Assembly: GCF_001194135.2 (NCBI RefSeq)
Contig: NC_068992.1
Location: 67,944,488-67,987,919, forward strand
Length of the DNA: 43,432 bases
Source of the DNA: Octopus bimaculoides
Taxonomy: Eukaryota
Direction of reading: 5' to 3'
Position 1 is the first letter of the stretch. The number at the start of each line of letters is the position of its first letter. Below, piece after piece: positions 37,061-43,432 of this stretch. Under the pieces are notes generated by a model, which had not been told where the DNA came from, searched no databases, and saw nothing but the letters and a program-made list of their open reading frames with translations. The translations under genes were made by a program, and so were the position numbers.

Positions 37061-37264
37061 ACGAACCACCAATCTACAACTCAGTCAACGAACAACCAGT
37101 CCAAAACCATGCTGAGAGACATACCATATAAATACTAATCTAAGATTTTAATCTATAACTTTAATAATATATAATATATCATACAAAGAAACATTCATTA
37201 TAAAAATATTAATCTAAAAATTAATACAATAATATAATGTATAAAAGTATAAAGTATTAGAGTC

Positions 37265-37760
37265 AGTACTTGTACATAGACTGCGCGCGTTTCCCGGGAG
37301 GGAAGGAAAAGGAATTCATGAGACAAAAGCCGTGATTGGTGTCGTGTATATGGGATGGAAGGGCAGCAATTGAAGGGGACAGGATGCGGCCGAGGTGCTT
37401 TGAAATGAGTTCGGTGGGGCACTTGCAGGCGGAAACATTGGGGCGGACAGGATTGTCGGGTTTATGCATTTTGGGAAGGAAATAGACGGAGTAACCGGGT
37501 GTTCAGACGATGAGGTTGGTGGTGGTGGGGGTGAACAGAAAAGGAGGCGAGGTCATGGATGGTGGGGAGCACGCGTTGTTAGTAGAAGGAGGGGAGTCGG
37601 AGGGAAGGAGGCGATAGAAGTGGTGATTTTGAAGTCGGCTAAGCATTTCCTCCCTGTATATTTCCGCGCTCCACACCACCACTGCCAGTTTGATGACAAT
37701 GTCGTTGCGGCGATGCATGTCGTCATGCAATGCGTGAAAAAGATTGGTATTGAAATATAC
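37265..37760 (-). mobile_element. Penelope-like element RT N-terminal fragment
   Basis: DIVIK(PADKG lost)AVVVW..EIYREE, HFYRLL, YFLPKMHKPDNPVRPNVSACKCPTELISKHL..ILSP..LPSHIHDTNH. This matches the PLE pattern LPK(I)HK..P.RPIVS...PT. Confidence 0.88.
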
Positions 37761-37911
37761 GTTAGTTATCGGTGTATTCAAAGCAAAGGTAAGCCTATTT
37801 CTGAAATGTTCATTGCATTACTTGTGTGTATGTTTATTGTAATTTTTATGGTGGTTTTTAGATCAATGGCTCTGATTTTAGCAAGTGATATTTATATACC
37901 TAATCTTCAAT

Positions 37912-37967
<56 letters not shown>
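37912..37967. repeat. (TA)n microsatellite
   Basis: Read directly from the sequence. Confidence 0.97.
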
Positions 37968-37971
<4 letters not shown>

Positions 37972-38234
37972 CTAATTGAAATTACTATATAATAGTGAAA
38001 GTATCACTTTACAATAGAGACGTTATTCTTTCACTTTTGACACCAACTACGGAAACAGTATAAGAGATTGCTCTGGGCTCACATTAGGCAAGAGGTTGAA
38101 AATATTTTGGGCCCATGACACTCCATAGCCCCTAAGTGAAGCATGTGTAAACATTGAGTGAAACTGGTTGTGTAGTTCTCGAGTGTTAGTCATGCACACA
38201 TACAGACAGACACAGATTCTCAGTTTTATATATA

Positions 38235-38635
38235 CTAGTAGACGAAACCGGCGTTGCCCGGGGCTGTTAAGTATGCCTGGTCAGTGTAATCTCACACGAA
38301 GTAGAGCTGAAGAAACTGAGGCAGCGTCATGTAGCTTCAGGGAACCAACTCTATAGTAAATCTACCCCTGCATTTTAAAAGAAAGCATGAAATGCTCATC
38401 TCGTATGATTTTGCCGCCGAAGGAAGTCATTTGGAACACGTAGTTTTAGTTTTAGGAAGTGATTTGGAACGCGTAGTTTGAGAAAGTCAGGAGCATAAGG
38501 AGACGCCCCTGTCAAAAGATCAGTCAAAAGGGGTTGAGGATCTTGTTGAAGATGTATTGTATTCTTAGCGTTGGAGCAGCACATGCCGGAAGTTTCTCCA
38601 GGCCACTTTTTAGCTGCGCAAAACTGGAAGATTGT
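38235..38635 (-). mobile_element. Helitron fragment: RepHel N-terminal Cys motif plus 3' terminus
   Basis: Minus strand encodes QFCAAKKWPGETSGMCCSNAK...PQPLLTDLLTG..FLK. Downstream in the same orientation is the hairpin cccgggcaacgccgg, followed by CTAG|T at 38238-38234. Confidence 0.78.
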
Positions 38636-38638
38636 GGA

Positions 38639-39024
38639 AGTCATTTTACTGCGACTATTCTGCAGCACTGCCTTAAAGGGATTTTTTAGTCGAAGAAATC
38701 GATCCCACGACTTATTCTATATAAGCCTAGTACTTATTCAATCCGTCTCTTTTAACGAACAACTAAGTTCCGGGATTAAAACACACCAACATCGGTTGTC
38801 AAGTGATGGTGTGGGGGACAAACACAGGCAAAGACATACAAGCATAAATGTATATATCAATATATATACGACGGGATTCTTACAGTTTCCGTCCACCAAA
38901 TCCACTGACAAGGCTTCGGTCGACCCGAGATTATAGTAGAACATACTCGGCCAAGATGCTACGCAGTGTGACTGAACCCGGAACCATATGGTCGGGAAGC
39001 AAGATCCTTACCACACAGCCACTT
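38639..39024 (-). mobile_element. Full-length CORE-like SINE
   Basis: Minus strand runs gtggctgtgtggtaagg...ggttccgggttcagtc...gtggatttggtggacggaaactg...aataagtactaggctt...ggcagtgctgcagaatagtcgcagtaaaatgac. Confidence 0.88.
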
Positions 39025-41258
39025 TGTTTCTCAGTCTTTCACTTTGCATCCCTTAGTTCTGCAATTTATCCCTTTATTCCTCCATTTATAGTTTCTAAAG
39101 AATTGAGGACCTTTGGTTCCATTTATTCATTCATTTTCTCCCCTTCAACTTTATGAGTGTTTTTGATTTATATGAAATTACATGTAGATTACATTGCTGA
39201 ATTGTGCATAATTTATAGACATTAAATCCTTTCCATCATTTCTCATTTTTACTGCGGTTTAGATTCTTTTATGAATAGCAACTATTGAGCGTCGGTTGTG
39301 TTTTATGATGGCCATCTCACATTTAAAATGGATTTCTTTGACTTCACAATGTAAGCTTTTCGTGATCCATTTTTCTACCGACAGTGAACGTAATCCGTAA
39401 CGTTGTGCTGTACCACTGAGCTGCATAGAAATCACTCATCCATTCGCAATATATTCAATATTCTCTTACTTTCCATGACATTTCAAATATTATCGATATA
39501 ATCTTTCAGAAATATGGGCTCTTGTCATCCCAAATATAGGGTTGTTTCTATTTTATCTCTGCAAAATCAATAATCTTTATTGTTATAGTGTATATATCGA
39601 AGAAACTAATGATTTTTCGTATTACGTTTGTTTCGGTGAGTTTTCCATTTTTTTTATTGTTAATTTGCTAAAACGTATTTTATTAATGCTCATCTAACTA
39701 TTATTGATCACACCTATTTACTGAGTACCACGCTAGATTAAAAGGTTGATCATGCTGGATTCTGTGAAGGCTAATTAAGATGAAACTGAATATTTACAAC
39801 TCAATCGTCGCCTGCTTCCGTTGCCTTTCGTTTTTACTTCTGTTTTACTGTTAGTTATGGAGATATCTGGAACATATTTTCATTTAGTTTCTCAAATGAT
39901 TAATATTCAGACATGATTTCTCTATAGGAATAAATAGGAAACTGTTCTCTAATACCAAGCTGTTTGTCAGAAGCCTTATACGGTGTACTACTATACTACT
40001 ACAATAATTACAATAAATAAATATAATATCATTATTTAATATGATATTTCATAGGGTAACTGCGATTTCGATGGCGATGGTGTCAGATGACAATACATTT
40101 GTTACGAGTTTAGGGCATTTGGTCAACAGACGTTTAAATATTTTTTGTGAGAATTGTTTTTTTTTTTCTTTTAGTGCTTTACGTTAATACATCATAAATC
40201 ATTGCAGCTGCAACCATACATTCATAAACTGTTTATTCCCTTTCAATTTGATTTTTTTTTATATACCAGATTTATAAAATATTTCTTTTCTTCGTCAATG
40301 CATTTAAAGCGCCTGCGTTGTTAGGATTCTGGTTCCTTCCTTTCGTCATTCACGCATATTTTTATTCATTGAAATAAAACTAGCTTCTTTTCCTCTGAAA
40401 TTAAATATGGTATCCTAATCGTAAAGGATTTGATTGTATGCTGTTTAATTTCTTTTTTGGTTTACTATCACCTTCCATATATTTTAGCCACTTGCCTTTT
40501 TATCCAGTTCGCATTAAGCGCTATTATGGAAGCTTAGTTTTTTACCACAATACTTTTAGGATTTGATTTTCAAAGCATTCGCATACGTTACAAATGAAAA
40601 TATTAAAGAAATTTTATTATATCTTGGTAGAAAATTAGTAATGCTTTCTCCTCGCTATGCACGACATCAGGAGAAATAGGAATGGCACAGACGAGTGGAA
40701 ACAGAATTACCTGAGAAGGTCAGGAGGATGACATTGATGTAATATAAAGACTGAGATCACAGTTAAAGTGACTTCATTTCTTCCACTCTTTTTCCTGTAA
40801 TCCAATTCCGAATATTAATCATGAGCAAAGCTTTATTAGAGTCTAGCTTACAGAAAAATCCTACGACGTTTTATTTGGTTTCATGAATCTCCCGAAGAAG
40901 AGTCTTTTTGGCCACGAGCTACAGAATTGTCTAAAAAAGATTTTGCTGGTTAAAGCAAATCAATGTATATAATGATCTTTTCAGAAATTATTACATCCAT
41001 AACACACATGAGAAATAACCTTGTAAATTTTTTAAATTTCCATTTTGTTCCAGTCATACATCAGTAATGAAATGATTATTCATCCATATATAATTACCGT
41101 CCAATTATCTAACATCATAAACAGTGACCATGGCTTTCTATTGATAGAGCAATAGAACTGTTCTATGGCAACGTTCTACTCTCCAATGCTCATCCATTTG
41201 AAAGTATTTACCGTTTTAACACAAACAACAGTTTGCAGTATTTTATACAATGCAGACT

Positions 41259-41986
41259 TATGATGTGGCATTAAAAAGTCCCAGGCCTGGTTATGTTTGG
41301 TAAATAATAAGTTATTTAACTAAGTTCTCACCTCCTTCGAAATGGTCACCTTCCACACCCCACCTCTATTCTGTTGAATAGGGGTGGGGTGTAGAAGCAA
41401 TACCATGTTCATTTTTGGTGAGAAACCCATAAGTGAGGGGAGGTCGGAGACTGGGTCCTTAGCTGTCGTGAAGATCCTGTTGCTTTCGGCGAATGTCCTC
41501 CTTTGATCACATCAAACCATGGTTGACTGTCCTCCGACGATCCTCATGCAGAAGCTGATGAGTCTTCTCTACATTTATAGGATGATACTTGTGACAAGTC
41601 TTCCAGGTGCTCATCGTCTTCTAGAGATGTTCTTCCTTTTATGAAGCGCCTGTGTCACTCAAAATATTGCGTACGGCCCATTGCCTCGACACTGTAAGCT
41701 TGCCGAAGCAGGCTCAATGTTTCTGTAGCAGAAGTCCCAAGTTTAACGCAAAATTTCACGCTGGCTCTTTGTTCCAAATTCCTGCCCATGACAAAACAAT
41801 CGCCTACTACAGCATACACGTGATGTGAAAAACAAATTTCACAACTTGCGATATAAACACGGCGATATTACACGGTACTTTAACTCACGAAGATCGGTGC
41901 AAGCTGTCACTGCGCACGCAACCGTGTGCTGCCATCTATTGGTGTGCTACAGAACTCGTCTGGGAACCTTATGATACCATCTTGCA
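41259..41986 (-). mobile_element. Internally deleted mariner transposon with both (decayed) TIRs
   Basis: MGRNLEQRASVKFCVKLGTSATETLSLLRQAY...GRTSLEDDE...HEDRR at the N-terminus, then FLTK.MVLL.HP.PYS, then EGDHFEG. Termini tatgatgtggcattaaaaagtcccagg and (rc) caagatggtatcataaggttcccaga. Confidence 0.85.
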
Positions 41987-42641
41987 TTAGGATAATCTTC
42001 ATGCTTTAATCAATATTCCTAATCCTTTCTTTAGCAAATATTAGACACAATTAGAGAATTCTCTTAATTATACTATTTACTATTTCTATATTTTCTTGGC
42101 GAAATTAAATTTAGGTTTCCGAATTCACAATCAATACCGTACAATCATTCATGTCGTTATTATATTTTCTGCAATTTGATGTCATTTGTTCAGATTTCCG
42201 TTTTAACCTACACATTTTCGATAATTGCTATTTCACTTTTTTCCTTTTATCACAAATATACTTCTACGAAATATGATTTTATATATTTACGGTACAAGAA
42301 TATTTCGGGTTTGTTTTTTTTTCGTATTGATTCATACATAAAATCTCAGTTTCTTGACTACTAATTTGCAGGCTCTTGTCTTAGTGCCAGATAATACTAT
42401 AAGGCTATATCTTTCAAGAGAATGAGAACACTTAGCACGTCTAACTCTAGACGCCCTTATTCAACATACATTATGTATGCCAGTTGAACGAAATCCAATC
42501 GAGGTTTCAATGTCACTTTTCAACAATATGCTTTTAAGTTCTAACAATTTACTTAGTTGTCTTTACAAAAAAAAAAAAAAAAAAAAAAAAGCTCTGTCGT
42601 TGATTTAGCTATCATTGTCATTATGGGATGAAGCATAGATT

Positions 42642-42783
42642 CAGGCGTGGCTTGTGAGTCGATTTGGTAGACGGGAACTATAAGAAGCCCATCTCATTTA
42701 TATATGCATATGTGTGCGTATGCCTTTGTGTCTGTGTTCGTCTCTCACCAGTGCTTAACAACCGGTGTTGGTGTGCTTACGTC
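42642..42783 (+). mobile_element. CORE-like SINE with an internal deletion and truncated 3' end
   Basis: The head caggcgtggct is fused directly to tgtgagtcgatttggtagacgggaact, and continues to acaaccggtgttggtgtgcttacgtc. Confidence 0.75.
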
Positions 42784-43229
42784 ATATTTAAAAATAACAT
42801 CTAAAATTTAACAGAGTCCCGAAAAACTATTTATGCTCAGTATATGCAGTTTTAAAATCTTTTTTGTTTTTGTTTTTGTATTATACATGGCATGTGGTGC
42901 GACTTTACATGGTGCAGACATGTTTTCCTAGTGCTAGTTTATATATGCGATATCTAAGTATATAGGTTCGCTTGCTTATCTAAATTTATCCATATTTCAT
43001 TTCATTTGAAAGCTTTATGTAATAAACTGAAACTAAACTGTACGCTTAGTTTCACTTTACAATCCGACTTTCAGATAACCTTGATTTCCTGATGTTTATA
43101 ATTGCATAGTTTATCCATTCCTTTCGCATGCTTCTTTTATCTTCTGTTGAGACAAAGACGTCAGTAAGGTAGCATTTTTCTTGCCTAGAAATCCTTGTCA
43201 AGAATGCTCAATCGATTCTCTGAACTCCG

Positions 43230-43373
43230 TCAGAATATAACATGATACTTCGAAAGGTTGTCATTTTTCTGAAACGTGTACGGTATGTGTCTACAATTTC
43301 TTTTCTTCTGAATTTTGAAATAATATTTTTTTTCCAAAGCATAAAACCGCAGGTCTCTAACCGGTCTTCAGAC

Positions 43374-43375
<2 letters not shown>
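43230..43375 (+). mobile_element. Possible Penelope-like terminal fragment with a decayed type I hammerhead-like core
   Basis: GAAAC (43271-43275), a short stem and GTC (43289-43291), then tacaat. Abuts a (TA)n tract. The assignment is inference. Confidence 0.35.
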
Positions 43376-43431
<56 letters not shown>

Positions 43432-43432
43432 T
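43376..43432. repeat. (TA)n microsatellite to the window end
   Basis: Read directly from the sequence. Confidence 0.98.

Noticed and set aside
37464-37979. 171-aa + strand ORF
   Set aside because: It is antisense to the Penelope-like RT fragment and ends in (TA)n.
39375-39428. tRNA-like A box on the minus strand (gcagctcagtggtacagc)
   Set aside because: There is no convincing B box or cloverleaf. At most it is a decayed SINE head.
1-43432. CRISPR arrays, operons, rRNA, bona fide tRNA genes, NUMTs
   Set aside because: I saw no repeat-spacer arrays and no rRNA or mitochondrial signatures. All tRNA-like motifs are SINE heads.

Overview
This is AT-rich, repeat-dense eukaryotic genomic DNA with four assembly gaps. 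It is most likely from a coleoid cephalopod such as Octopus; this is inferred from the SINE and LINE families and the microsatellite load, not from a database search. I can identify no complete protein-coding gene, rRNA, tRNA gene or CRISPR array. Most ORFs in the supplied track are microsatellite, antisense or gap artefacts. The recognisable content is decayed mobile DNA: one CR1/L2-group LINE, five R4/Dong-like (RLE) LINE fragments, a Penelope-like RT fragment, four Tc1/mariner relics, a hAT-type MITE, a Helitron 3' fragment, and at least seven tRNA-derived SINEs from a CORE-like family and a Nin-domain-like family. The best host-gene candidate is a 152-codon stop-free minus-strand frame running off the left edge, plus several short splice-site-bounded candidate exons that I cannot assign. 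The most interesting signals concern how the elements relate to each other. The LINE 3' end shares a 26-nt tail with the dominant SINE. Four retroelements form a head-to-tail train joined at (TACA)n and (AAT)n microsatellites. There are two decayed hammerhead-ribozyme-like cores. One mariner has a templated fold-back inversion at its deletion junction.
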